Shown here: one piece after another, positions 52,698 through 61,533 of the stretch | Layout of the letters: each line of letters begins with the position of its first letter | Position numbering within the stretch: position 1 is the stretch's first letter | Source: an uncultured delta proteobacterium | GTDB lineage: Bacteria; Desulfobacterota; Binatia; UBA9968 | Direction: 5' to 3' | DNA length: 64,000 bases | Assembly (NCBI GenBank): GCA_963840855.1 | Contig: CAWJBB010000081.1 | Coordinates: 11,367 to 75,366, forward strand | Translations under genes and position numbers: made by a program | Notes under the pieces: generated by a model | What the model was told of the DNA's origin: nothing | The model's database searches: none | The model's input: only the letters and a program-made list of their open reading frames with translations

Positions 52698-53508
52698 ATG
52701 CGCTGCGACGAAGCCCAAGAACTGATTACCGCTCGAGTGGATGGCGAGCTGAGCGCCGACGAGCAGCTCGCCATCGAGGCTCACTTGAAAATCTGCGGTC
52801 CGTGTCGCGAGGCCTTCACCGCGGAAAGTTACCTGAAGCAGCAAACCAAATTGGCTGGCCGCGGTATCACAGCGCCGGCTTCATTGCGCCAGGCGATCGA
52901 AGCGAGATTTGCCGGAGGGCGGCCAATTTTCATAGGGAGAAGCAGCGAATCCGTGCGGCGGTGGTTTGGTATCTCCGGCTGGCGGCCGGCGTTTGCGGCG
53001 GCGCTTCTTCTCCTTACAGTAGCTTCGGTCATTTATATGAGATGGCCTTCGCAAAACATCGGCCTTTCAGCACTGGAGACGCACGCGAGTATCCTCAATG
53101 GCAACACTGTTCTCGTCCGGTCTGGCGATCCTGCGGCAATGAGAGACGAGCTGGCCCGGGCAGTGGGTGAGCGTTTTAGGCCGGTAGCTTTCGATCTCTC
53201 TATAATGAAGCTTTACCCGGTTTCCGGCTTCGTTCAGAAAGTCGGTCACCGTGAAGTGCTCGTCACGGTTTATCAAGGCGACGGTCCCACGATTACCTGT
53301 TTCACTTTTCTCGGCAGCGAAGCCGACGCGCCCGACGGCGCGGAGCGGTTCTACGATGCCGACATGCGGCTCGACTTTTATTCGTTCTCGCGCGGCGGGT
53401 GTGAACGGACTCCTGCATCGAGAAGGGGAGGTAATCTGCCTGCTGGTGTCAAAAATGCCGGCCGCCGACCTGCTCGCAATGATTCGTGGAAAATCAGCCC
53501 ACGCGTAA
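52698..53508 (+). CDS. Zinc-binding (HxxxCxxC) transmembrane anti-sigma factor, frameshifted at ~53400
   Basis: AHLKICGPC and one TM helix. After one base is removed the C-terminus continues GVNGLLHREGEVICLLVSKM to a stop at 53508. Confidence 0.8.
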
Positions 53509-53619
53509 ACCGGCAGGCGGTCGGAGTGTTGGAGTACTGGAGCGATGGTTCTAATTAACAGGTTGCTGAAAAACTCTCTCGGAGTCCTTCGACTAGGCTC
53601 AGAGCCTTATATTAGGTCT

Positions 53620-53815
53620 GTTGCAGATTATCATATTGGAGATCATGTTTATGTGACACTGATTTCAAGAGCTTGCTGGAATGAGGACCATCGGGGCCTA
53701 ATCCCTCTCACGAGGATCAAGGGCAGACTGTCCCGTCCAGTAAGAGAACGGATCTGAGGTTCAATAGAAAGTTGTCCCTTTGTTGAGGACTTATATAAGG
53801 CGAACTTTCCGTTCA
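53620..53815 (+). ncRNA. IS110 bridge RNA (5' stem-loop, target-binding loop, donor-binding loop)
   Basis: Guides TCGGGGCCT (53691-53699), AGGGCAG+AC (53720-53728), ATAGAAAGT (53764-53772) and ATATAAG+GC (53793-53801) match the target and donor. Closing stems CTTGCTGGA/TCCAGTAAG and GAACGGA/TCCGTTC. Ends approximate. Confidence 0.85.
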
Positions 53816-53858
53816 TAGCTATTGGAATTGGAAGAACACAACCAAGGAGGAAGAGAGA

Positions 53859-55084
53859 GTGAAACGATACTATGTGGGAGTGGATTGGGCTGATGAATTT
53901 CACCAGGTATGGGTCAGCGATGCCGAGGGCAAGAAAGTAGCCGAGATGAAGGTTGAGCAGAGTCCCAAGGGCATGGGCGAGTTTGGCCGTTGGTTCCATG
54001 AACGTCAGGCAGAACAGATAGAGCTTTGGGCGGCCATCGAGAAGCCCCAGGGGCGGATTGTGGATTTTCTGTTGGACCACGGGGTAGTGGTCTATCCGGT
54101 TAATCCCAAGGCCCTGGACCGGGTCAGGGACCGGTTTCGCATGAGCCAATCCAAGAGCGACTCCTTTGATGCTCATGTGTTGGCGGACTTTGTCAGGACC
54201 GATCATGCTCATTTGCGAGCTCTTGAGCCTAACTCTGCTCCGGCCCAAGAGTTTAAGATGCTCACCCGGGATCACCACCGATTGGGGCGCCATAAGACTC
54301 GGCTCATCAATCAGATCGAGGCAACGCTCAAAGAGTATTACCCTCGCCCCCTGGAGGTTTTCTCTGATCTGGAATCGAAGATTGCGTTGGATTTTCTACC
54401 CAGTATCCGACTCCACGGGCACTGTCTGATCTTACCCGTAGAAAATGGAACCGCTTTGCCAAGCGCGAGCACCATCTCAGTGAGGCGCGCTGTAAAGAGC
54501 TGTGGGAGAAGCTGAACCAGCCGCAGTTGGGAATTCCAGAACACGTGATCAGAGCCAAGGCGCAATTGCTTTTGGTGCTCGTCGCTCAGCTTAAGGCCTT
54601 GGCTCAGGCGGTGGAGAGCTACAGCGAGGAGATCCAACGTTTTTTCGCCTCTATGCCGGCGGCTAAGCTTGCGCAGACACTGCCGGGAGGAAAAAGTGGG
54701 ACCATCGTACCGATGCTTTGGGCCGAGCTGGGCGATGTCAAGAGCCGATGGCAATCCTTTCGTCACCTTCAAGCCGAAGCGGGAGGGGTCCCGGTAACCC
54801 AATCCAGCGGCAAGAGCCATGTCGTACTGTTTCGTTTTGCCTGTAACAAGCTGATGCGATACGCCTCGTACTGGTTGTCGTTTAACTCGCTCAATCGCTG
54901 TGAGTGGGCGAACAAGTACTATCGCGACCAACGGGCGAAAGGACATCATCATCCCCAAGCGCTTAGGGCTTTGGCAGCGAAGTGGTTGAAAATTATTTTC
55001 ATCATGTGGAGAGACGATAAGCCGTACGATGAGAACTATCACTTGGCGAACATCGCCCGTCAGACGATGCGCCAGGCGGCATGA
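53859..55084 (+). CDS. IS110 recombinase (DEDD RuvC-like plus Tnp domain), frameshifted at ~54397
   Basis: YVGVDWA, AIE and KSDSFDA catalytic motifs; C-terminal AGGVPVTQSSGK (catalytic Ser) and ALRALAAKW. Adding one base joins the halves (LDFLTQYPTP). AGGAGG RBS. Confidence 0.92.
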
Positions 55085-55103
55085 AAAAAAATAAACAGGG
55101 GAC

Positions 55104-55126
55104 TTGACAAGTCTCATAGAATGTCT
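55104..55126 (+). promoter_or_regulatory. -35 half of the circle-junction sigma70 promoter (-10 half TATATT at 53608-53613)
   Basis: Joining the ends at the CT core gives TTGACA-17 nt-TATATT. Confidence 0.85.
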
Positions 55127-55262
55127 GCCCTGTTTATCGAAGGGACGAACGGAGGGGAATTGATACCGTTGATGAATTTCCGTTCATGCTGAGACCTCGA
55201 AGCATTCCGAACCGTTTTTCAGCGACCTGCTAACTCACAACACTCCGTATTTTCCGCTCTGA

Positions 55263-55291
55263 TTGACAACCAGTGGTGAATTCCATACAGT
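55263..55291 (+). promoter_or_regulatory. Sigma70-type promoter for tRNA-Gly
   Basis: TTGACA-17 nt-TACAGT ending 26 bp before the tRNA. Confidence 0.65.
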
Positions 55292-55317
55292 TCAATCGCT
55301 TCTCCGCCTAACCCTGA

Positions 55318-55392
<75 letters not shown>

Positions 55393-55857
55393 AACCTCTC
55401 TAAAGTCAATCTCATATCGTTCTACGCGATCAATATATTGGCCCAGTCTTGTCCCATTCAGCGTGACAAAGACCACGAACACCGATTATGACTCGCGCAA
55501 AGTCGCAAAGGGCGCCAAGTTAAGCGGATTGCACCTGGACTAATACCGCAAAAATATTCTCCTCTTTTGGCTGATTCGAGATCTCGAGACGCCGACATAC
55601 CAAACGCGCGGATCATTGTTGACTTGCTTGAGGTACGCCGACGTGACGCAGTCGGGGAGGTGTCTCGATGAATCAGCCGATCACTTCGAAACCATCTTCA
55701 AATCCGCCGCAGGGTTTGCATTCGGACTCTGGCGGAAAGCAAAGCATGCAGAGCTCGGCGCCTTCCATTTCTCTTCCTGAGGTCGGCGCAGTAGAAGCGG
55801 ACAAGTAAGTATGAACACATTCGATTCGTATTAACCGGCGCGCAACGGTCTACGCAA

Positions 55858-55884
55858 TTTTGGATACACCTACTGTATCCAAAA
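55858..55884. promoter_or_regulatory. Perfect dyad, candidate enhancer-binding-protein site
   Basis: TTTTGGATACA-cctac-TGTATCCAAAA (11-bp arms), ~100 bp upstream of the -24/-12 motif. Confidence 0.6.
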
Positions 55885-55986
55885 GTTGCCTATATGTTCA
55901 CTTATCAACGTAAGCTCATGCAGTTCGCACAAGTATTTTTGCAGTCATGCGGAGAACTTCATCATTTCAAGCGAGGAACGGTGACA

Positions 55987-56002
55987 TGGCATTGTTATTG
56001 CT
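55987..56002 (+). promoter_or_regulatory. Sigma54 (-24/-12) promoter
   Basis: TGGCATTGTTATTGCT fits TGGC-N(8)-TGC with exact GG-N10-GC spacing. Confidence 0.65.
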
Positions 56003-56274
56003 TTGTTAAAAAAAAACAAAAAGAAGCTAACGCGAATCGCATGCATTGCCGCAGATGGCATCCGCGATTTTCAAAGAGTCGACGGGGCAACGATTTGGGA
56101 ACATTTAGAATGCCGGAAAATGAGGGAGGAATTCAATATTATCTGCAGCATTTGGATACTGCGAAATCCGTTCGGGATGTAGTTGTAGTTAAGGACGGCG
56201 GAAATCTGGGCAAAGTTAAAAACCTCATCAACCTCGCGTTAAGGAAAACGCGTTAATGGAAAGGAGTTAGAATC

Positions 56275-57852
56275 ATGGCACTAGTGGAACCGAGCGTAAT
56301 GGTCAACTCGATCATGGGCAAGCTCTACAACATCCTTACTAACGGTGATGACACGGTACCTAAGTCCGAGGACAATTTTTTTAGCTGGGCGACGCCTGGC
56401 ATACCCATCGAGCCCGGCGACTTTGAGTTTCTGTCACAAGGACTAACCGGCGTCGTCAAGAAAGCCAAGCTAGACGAGATACGCGGGCAGGGAGCTGAGA
56501 ACGGAAACAATCCGGTGGAGGTGACCCCGCAGATGCTCGAGTCGTTGCGTGCCCAGGACACCGCCGGGCTGTACATGCAGGCGGAGAACTTCTCACGGCT
56601 CGTCGATTTCGTACCCGATCTGGCGAGCACCACGAACAATCAGTTCGCGCAGTTGAGCATCATGAACAACGAGGGAACGTTATCAGAGCGTTACGAGTAT
56701 ATCTTGCGCATGAGCCAGATCATGCAAACAGAGTTGCCCGAGGAAACAAAAAAGAAAATCGAAAAATTTCGCGGCTTGTTAAGTGTCACGAAGACGAAGA
56801 AGAACCTGATCGATGATACCGAAACCCAAGTAACTGAACCCAGCCCTCTGGTAGTCGTTTACAACCAGAAGATGGGCGAATACGAAAATGCGGCTCTGGA
56901 ATACAACTCCCATCGTATCGATGCGCTGACAGCCGATAATGTAAAGGCCGTTCATTACTGGGCCATCAATGCAAACATCCTGCGAAACAAGGTGAAGGCC
57001 GCGATGGCCGATTGGGTGAGTAGTGGCTACAAGAATGAGTATGACCAGATGGCCGCGTTCATTGATCAGGTTATGCAGCGCGATATGGCGTTGCTCAAGC
57101 AGCAATACCGGGACGATTTGGAAAAGGCCAGACTGACCGGTATGGCTTCGGGCAGCGATTTTTACTATACCTCGCTGGTGCCAGGCAATTTCATGAAGGC
57201 GTCCGGTTGGACCGAGTTTGGCTTCAGTTCGTCCGATTTCAACACTTCTTCGAATTCAAGCTACAGTTTTAGCAGGTCTTCTACGAGCGCCGCGGGTGGA
57301 TGGCTGGGTATTTTCGGCGGCGGAGGAACAGCGAGCAGCGCCGGCGGCGAATCACAATCCCATGTTCAGTTCGACAGCGATCATTTCGGTATGAACTTCA
57401 AGATCACGCAAGTGCCGATCGTACGTCCGTGGTACAAGACCGCTTTTTTGGTCAGCAAGCTGTGGCGGTTCGACCAGAACAATCCGGAAGCCAAGGGCGA
57501 TATGGTGAGCGATGGCGGCAAGCCACCGAAAGGTCTAATCCCGGCCTATCCCACTTCGCTGATTTGCATCAAGGATCTCTCGCTGTGCTTCGCCAAGAGC
57601 AGCGGCTTTGAAGATGCTCAATCGAGCTGGAAGCGTTCATCGGCGAGCGGTGGCGGGGCTATCCATTTCGGTCCATTCCATCTCGGTGGCTCGCATAGCC
57701 GCAGTTCAGCTAGCGGACAGCGCTCGTCCCAGTATCACTACGACTCCGAGACGCAGACCATGACCGTGCCCGGTGCGCAAGTGATCGGGTTCAAATGCCA
57801 CATCATGCCGAAGTCTCCCGAGCCGAACAGCAGCATCACTCAGTGGATATAA
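56275..57852 (+). CDS. Uncharacterised protein A (525 aa) with two Ser/Gly-rich segments
   Basis: AAGGAG RBS and a long ORF; collinear similarity to the downstream gene. No family recognised. Confidence 0.85.
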   Translation: MALVEPSVMVNSIMGKLYNILTNGDDTVPKSEDNFFSWATPGIPIEPGDFEFLSQGLTGVVKKAKLDEIRGQGAENGNNPVEVTPQMLESLRAQDTAGLYMQAENFSRLVDFVPDLASTTNNQFAQLSIMNNEGTLSERYEYILRMSQIMQTELPEETKKKIEKFRGLLSVTKTKKNLIDDTETQVTEPSPLVVVYNQKMGEYENAALEYNSHRIDALTADNVKAVHYWAINANILRNKVKAAMADWVSSGYKNEYDQMAAFIDQVMQRDMALLKQQYRDDLEKARLTGMASGSDFYYTSLVPGNFMKASGWTEFGFSSSDFNTSSNSSYSFSRSSTSAAGGWLGIFGGGGTASSAGGESQSHVQFDSDHFGMNFKITQVPIVRPWYKTAFLVSKLWRFDQNNPEAKGDMVSDGGKPPKGLIPAYPTSLICIKDLSLCFAKSSGFEDAQSSWKRSSASGGGAIHFGPFHLGGSHSRSSASGQRSSQYHYDSETQTMTVPGAQVIGFKCHIMPKSPEPNSSITQWI

Positions 57853-57859
57853 ACCGCCT

Positions 57860-57888
57860 GGCGGTCCCGCTTCATGTGCGGGGCCGCC
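57860..57888 (+). terminator. GC-rich intergenic hairpin without a U-tract
   Basis: GGCGGTCCCGC-ttcatgt-GCGGGGCCGCC, 7 bp after the stop of gene A. Confidence 0.55.
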
Positions 57889-57927
57889 TTCGCGACACGA
57901 CGGCAATTCGATAGTTGAGGAGTAGAC

Positions 57928-59433
57928 ATGGATTCCGCAGTGCAATTGGCTTTAATGACCAAAGCAAAAAAGGTATTCGGCGCCGATGATACCTTCCTGA
58001 GTTTCCCGGTGTCGCCGCTACCTCACACGAAGCGGCAACTGGATTTTTTCGCGCAACAGGATGCAACTGCTCTCCGCCAGAGCCTGCAAAACCTGCAGGC
58101 GTTTTCGACGCTGGTGAATCTGATCCCTAGCGATGAGGCGTGGCTACCGACGGAGACGCGCTTCCTTTGGGACGTTTACGAACAGATGCTCAAAGAAGCG
58201 CAGTTTGCATCTTCGACTCGCACACCCGAGGAGGAAGCGGAGTACCAGCAGGCGCTGGCCTACCTCCGCGTAGCCGGCGATGGCGGCGCGTGGGAGGAGA
58301 GCGCGCCGGTCAAGGCCTATAGACAGCATAAGGATGCCTATGTGTTGGCTCAACAGAATTATCTAGCCGCTAAGAGTACGGCTGAATGCGGGACCGACGC
58401 CGAGAGACAGCGATGGCGGGATGTCGATGAGCCTGCGCGGCGTAAGGAGCTCGATGCGCTGCAAGCGCAGTGGATCATCGCGGGAAAGAATGAGGTGGAG
58501 GCTGCGCAGAATAAGGTTATAAGTCTCGGAGCGAAATCGCCGATTCAAACATGGGGTGAATGGAACAGCCGGTTCAATCGCGATATCGACACTTTGACCG
58601 GCGCATCTGACAGTTTTACGGTTTTCCCTAGCCTTTTTTCACCTTCCAACGCGCTCGAAGAGGGCGCGTGGAAGCCATTTAAGCTCAGCGAGCAGGAAGT
58701 CAAAGTCTTGCTCAATGAAGCGCCTGCGGAGCTGCGCACCCGGTTCGCGGCGGATAGCGCGGCGTCGTCGGTGGCGTCGCTGACCTTCGAGTTCAGTTCC
58801 GCGGTCATCCTGCGACCCTGGTTTGTGTCTGAGGCTTTCCGGGTGCGGTTCTGGCGGTTTGCGGATGCGAGCAGGATCCTCTCGGATGGCGGTACGCCAC
58901 CGAAGGGGACGTGTCCTGCTTACGTGACGGCTATCGTCTTTGCGCGCAGGGTGGCTGTGGAAGAAAAGCGGGCCGAGCCGGCACCGGGCGCCAAGCCGTT
59001 CGACGGGTTCCGCTTTACGGTCGCAGTCAAAGATCAAGAGAGGCTTACGCGGATACCGCCCGAAGTTTTAATCGCAACGCAACCTCGCACCGTTAATGCG
59101 ACTTCACCGACGATGAATGTAAGGGTGGCGGAAGCCGTGTCGCCGAGGACAGCCAATATTCGTGTGGCGAACCCCCAACTAATGCGAGCGGCTGACATGA
59201 ACGTTGCGGTGGCGAGGCCGGTTACAGCTCAGGAAGTTTCCGCACGTCCCTTACGCAATCTGAGCACCGTGGCTGTCACTCGGTTGCCGCAGCAGCCTGT
59301 TGCCGGCACCGGAACCACCGCTCCTTCCCCCTCACCGCAGGCGACAACTCCGGATGATGAGATTTATATCCTCGCGTTCATATGCAAAACCCTGCCGAAA
59401 AGTCCCGATCCCGATCTTACTTTACAGTGGTAG
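57928..59433 (+). CDS. Uncharacterised protein B (501 aa), paralogue of A
   Basis: GAGGAG RBS; shares RPW, WRF, SDGGxPPKG, PAY and FxCxxxPKSPxP...QW with A. Confidence 0.85.
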   Translation: MDSAVQLALMTKAKKVFGADDTFLSFPVSPLPHTKRQLDFFAQQDATALRQSLQNLQAFSTLVNLIPSDEAWLPTETRFLWDVYEQMLKEAQFASSTRTPEEEAEYQQALAYLRVAGDGGAWEESAPVKAYRQHKDAYVLAQQNYLAAKSTAECGTDAERQRWRDVDEPARRKELDALQAQWIIAGKNEVEAAQNKVISLGAKSPIQTWGEWNSRFNRDIDTLTGASDSFTVFPSLFSPSNALEEGAWKPFKLSEQEVKVLLNEAPAELRTRFAADSAASSVASLTFEFSSAVILRPWFVSEAFRVRFWRFADASRILSDGGTPPKGTCPAYVTAIVFARRVAVEEKRAEPAPGAKPFDGFRFTVAVKDQERLTRIPPEVLIATQPRTVNATSPTMNVRVAEAVSPRTANIRVANPQLMRAADMNVAVARPVTAQEVSARPLRNLSTVAVTRLPQQPVAGTGTTAPSPSPQATTPDDEIYILAFICKTLPKSPDPDLTLQW

Positions 59434-59622
59434 TCGGGGCGACCCGATACACGACAGACAAATGCTCTTTATTTCGAATCCCCCCTAGAGAAAAGGAAAA
59501 GTTACTGGGTGGCGGGGTCCTTGAATAGAAATCCGTATGCGCAAATATGCGAAGCTAGTCAGCGTGCTGAAAATCTCTGATTGCAGGCTGCTAGTTTTTT
59601 GCTCAGGCTTTAGTCATGTGCG

Positions 59623-61533
59623 TTACCGCGTGAACACCAGCAGGCTGTTCGCCGGCAGCGCGAGGGCTGCGGAGTGGCTGAAGTCGTGCAGCGGTTGGGG
59701 TTCCGTGTGGATCCTTCCGCCGTTTCCGACGGTATTGGTGTTGACCCAGTTCTCGTAGACATCGCTGTTAAAAACTTCGCGCCAATCACCGCCGCCGGGA
59801 AAGCCGATTCGATAATCGAAGCGATTGAAATTCCCGAGGTGCACGACCACGATCACGTCGTGGCCTTCTCCCTCCACCCAGCGGTGAAATGCGAGCACGC
59901 GATTCTGATCGTGGACATGCACCACGCGGAAACCCTGGCCGCGCAAGCCCGGATAGCGCCAGCGAAGTTTGATGAGTTCCCGCGTGAAACGCACATGATC
60001 AAGCATTTGCTTGTCGCCGGCGTCGAGTCCGGCCCAGTGCAGCAGCAGGTTCTGGTGAAACTGGAAGTTGTCCGACCACTGTTTGTCCTCGAGAAATTCC
60101 TGCCCCATGAACAGCATCGGAATGCCGGGCGCTGTGAGGCTGATTCCAGTGGCCACGCGGGCACGGCTGCGGCCGTACCAGGAGCGTGGATTACTCGGAT
60201 CGCCAAGCCGGGCGATACGTTGCTCGCGGCCGTTGTAAACGATGTCGTGGTTCTCCGGTCCCTGGACAAAGCGCCAATGCTCGTTGAAGCCCTCCGGCCA
60301 GAGGCTCCGCGCCAGGCCGGACATGTCAAGCGGCCGCTCATCCGGTGCGCTCGCGTTACCGATGACGTTGCGAATCGCGATGCGCAGCCCGTCGGTCAAA
60401 GTGGTATCGAAACCCGCTCCCTCGGGCGGCGGCTTCACCACGTAGGGATTGACGTTCCAATATTCGGCCTTGTCGAGCACGCCCGGTTTGTGATGGCGTA
60501 ACGTCGAAGTGAGATCCTGGCAAAAGCGCCAACCGTGGGGCGCGCCATCGTGGTCGATGACGCTCACCTGGTCATAGCGCAAGCCGTCGATCCGATATTC
60601 ATCGAGAAAAAACTTCGCGTTCTGTATCAGAAAGTCGCGAACCTCAGGCTTGCCGAAGTCGAACACGAGTCCGCCGGCATGGCCTATATCGGTGAAGTAG
60701 AGGGAATTGCGATTGCCGCCTTGGTTAGACTGGCGGTCGAAGAAGTAGAGGCTCTCATCGCCGAAGTCGCCGCCCGCGTGGTTGTATACCACGTCCAGGA
60801 TTACGGCGAGTCCGTAGAGGTGGCAGAGATCCACCAGTGCCTTGAGTTGGTTCATCTCGCCGCGCAAATCTTCGACCCGATAGCGCGCTCGTCCTATGAC
60901 ATCGAGCAGTTTGTTCACCTCCGCGGCGTAGGGCCCGACGTCAGCGTCTTCCACGGCAAAATCCATTTCCGGCGAGAAGTAATCGGTGCCGTTGTAGCCC
61001 AAACTGAATTGAGTTTGGAACTCTTGGATCGGCATGAGCTGGATCGCGGTCACGCCGAGATCCGCGAAGTGCGGAATCTTGCGCGCTACGTCGAGGAAGG
61101 TGCCGGCTTTCCGGGGCAGGTTGGGCGTGAAGAAAGTTCCGACATGAAGCTGATAGATTACGAAGTCGTGAAACTTCGGCGTGACGTAGCCGCTCTCGTG
61201 CCAGGGAAAGTCAGTTTCGCGGACGATGCACTCGCTCGGAAAAGGAGTTTGAAGTTCTCGCGCGTAGGGATCGCGCTTAGGACCTTCGCTCCCAGCGCCG
61301 ACGACATAAAACATGTACCGCTGGCGATCGCGCACGCCGGGAATAAAGCCTCGCCAGTGGCCCAGGGTATCCCGGGTCAGCAGGCTGGCATCGTTGCGCT
61401 GGCGGTTGTTAAAGTCGCCAAACACATGGACGGACCGTGCATTTGGCGCCCACGCTCGAAACGTTGCGCCATCGGCAATGAGATTGGCCCCCATCGGGGT
61501 ATTAGGGCCAATATGTTCGAGGGAGGCGGGCAC
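59623..61533 (-). CDS. GH13 alpha-amylase-family enzyme (branching enzyme/TreZ-like)
   Basis: FRAWAPNA, DPYAR, IYQLHVGTF, DVVYNH, DGLRYD, ENHD and PMLFMGQEF motifs. Confidence 0.9.
   Translation of the reverse strand: MPASLEHIGPNTPMGANLIADGATFRAWAPNARSVHVFGDFNNRQRNDASLLTRDTLGHWRGFIPGVRDRQRYMFYVVGAGSEGPKRDPYARELQTPFPSECIVRETDFPWHESGYVTPKFHDFVIYQLHVGTFFTPNLPRKAGTFLDVARKIPHFADLGVTAIQLMPIQEFQTQFSLGYNGTDYFSPEMDFAVEDADVGPYAAEVNKLLDVIGRARYRVEDLRGEMNQLKALVDLCHLYGLAVILDVVYNHAGGDFGDESLYFFDRQSNQGGNRNSLYFTDIGHAGGLVFDFGKPEVRDFLIQNAKFFLDEYRIDGLRYDQVSVIDHDGAPHGWRFCQDLTSTLRHHKPGVLDKAEYWNVNPYVVKPPPEGAGFDTTLTDGLRIAIRNVIGNASAPDERPLDMSGLARSLWPEGFNEHWRFVQGPENHDIVYNGREQRIARLGDPSNPRSWYGRSRARVATGISLTAPGIPMLFMGQEFLEDKQWSDNFQFHQNLLLHWAGLDAGDKQMLDHVRFTRELIKLRWRYPGLRGQGFRVVHVHDQNRVLAFHRWVEGEGHDVIVVVHLGNFNRFDYRIGFPGGGDWREVFNSDVYENWVNTNTVGNGGRIHTEPQPLHDFSHSAALALPANSLLVFTR

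Larger units (their letters stand above)
53606..55126 (+). mobile_element. IS110-family insertion sequence, bounded by CT cores at 53606-53607 and 55125-55126
   Basis: No terminal inverted repeats. Excision restores ...GCTCAGAGC-CT-GCCCTG.... Long non-coding left end and short right end. Confidence 0.9.
53555..55233. mobile_element. MITE/REP composite interrupted by the IS110 element
   Basis: Terminal inverted repeats TTAACAGGTTGCTGAAAAAC and GTTTTTCAGCGACCTGCTAA (18/20); body homologous to 25176-25307. Confidence 0.8.

Noticed and set aside
53649-55117. Minus-strand ORFs across the IS110, and other long antisense ORFs such as 60535-61614 and 42851-43666
   Set aside because: These are shadow frames of well-supported genes in GC-rich DNA, with no recognisable motifs.
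55671-55768. Possible ~31-aa four-Cys peptide on the minus strand (MEGAELCMLCFPPESECKPCGG...)
   Set aside because: Too short to support without homologues, and no modifying enzymes are adjacent.
55894-56256. 120-aa ORF upstream of the unknown pair
   Set aside because: It overlaps the sigma54 motif and an A-tract, has no clear RBS and has atypical composition. Probably leader DNA.
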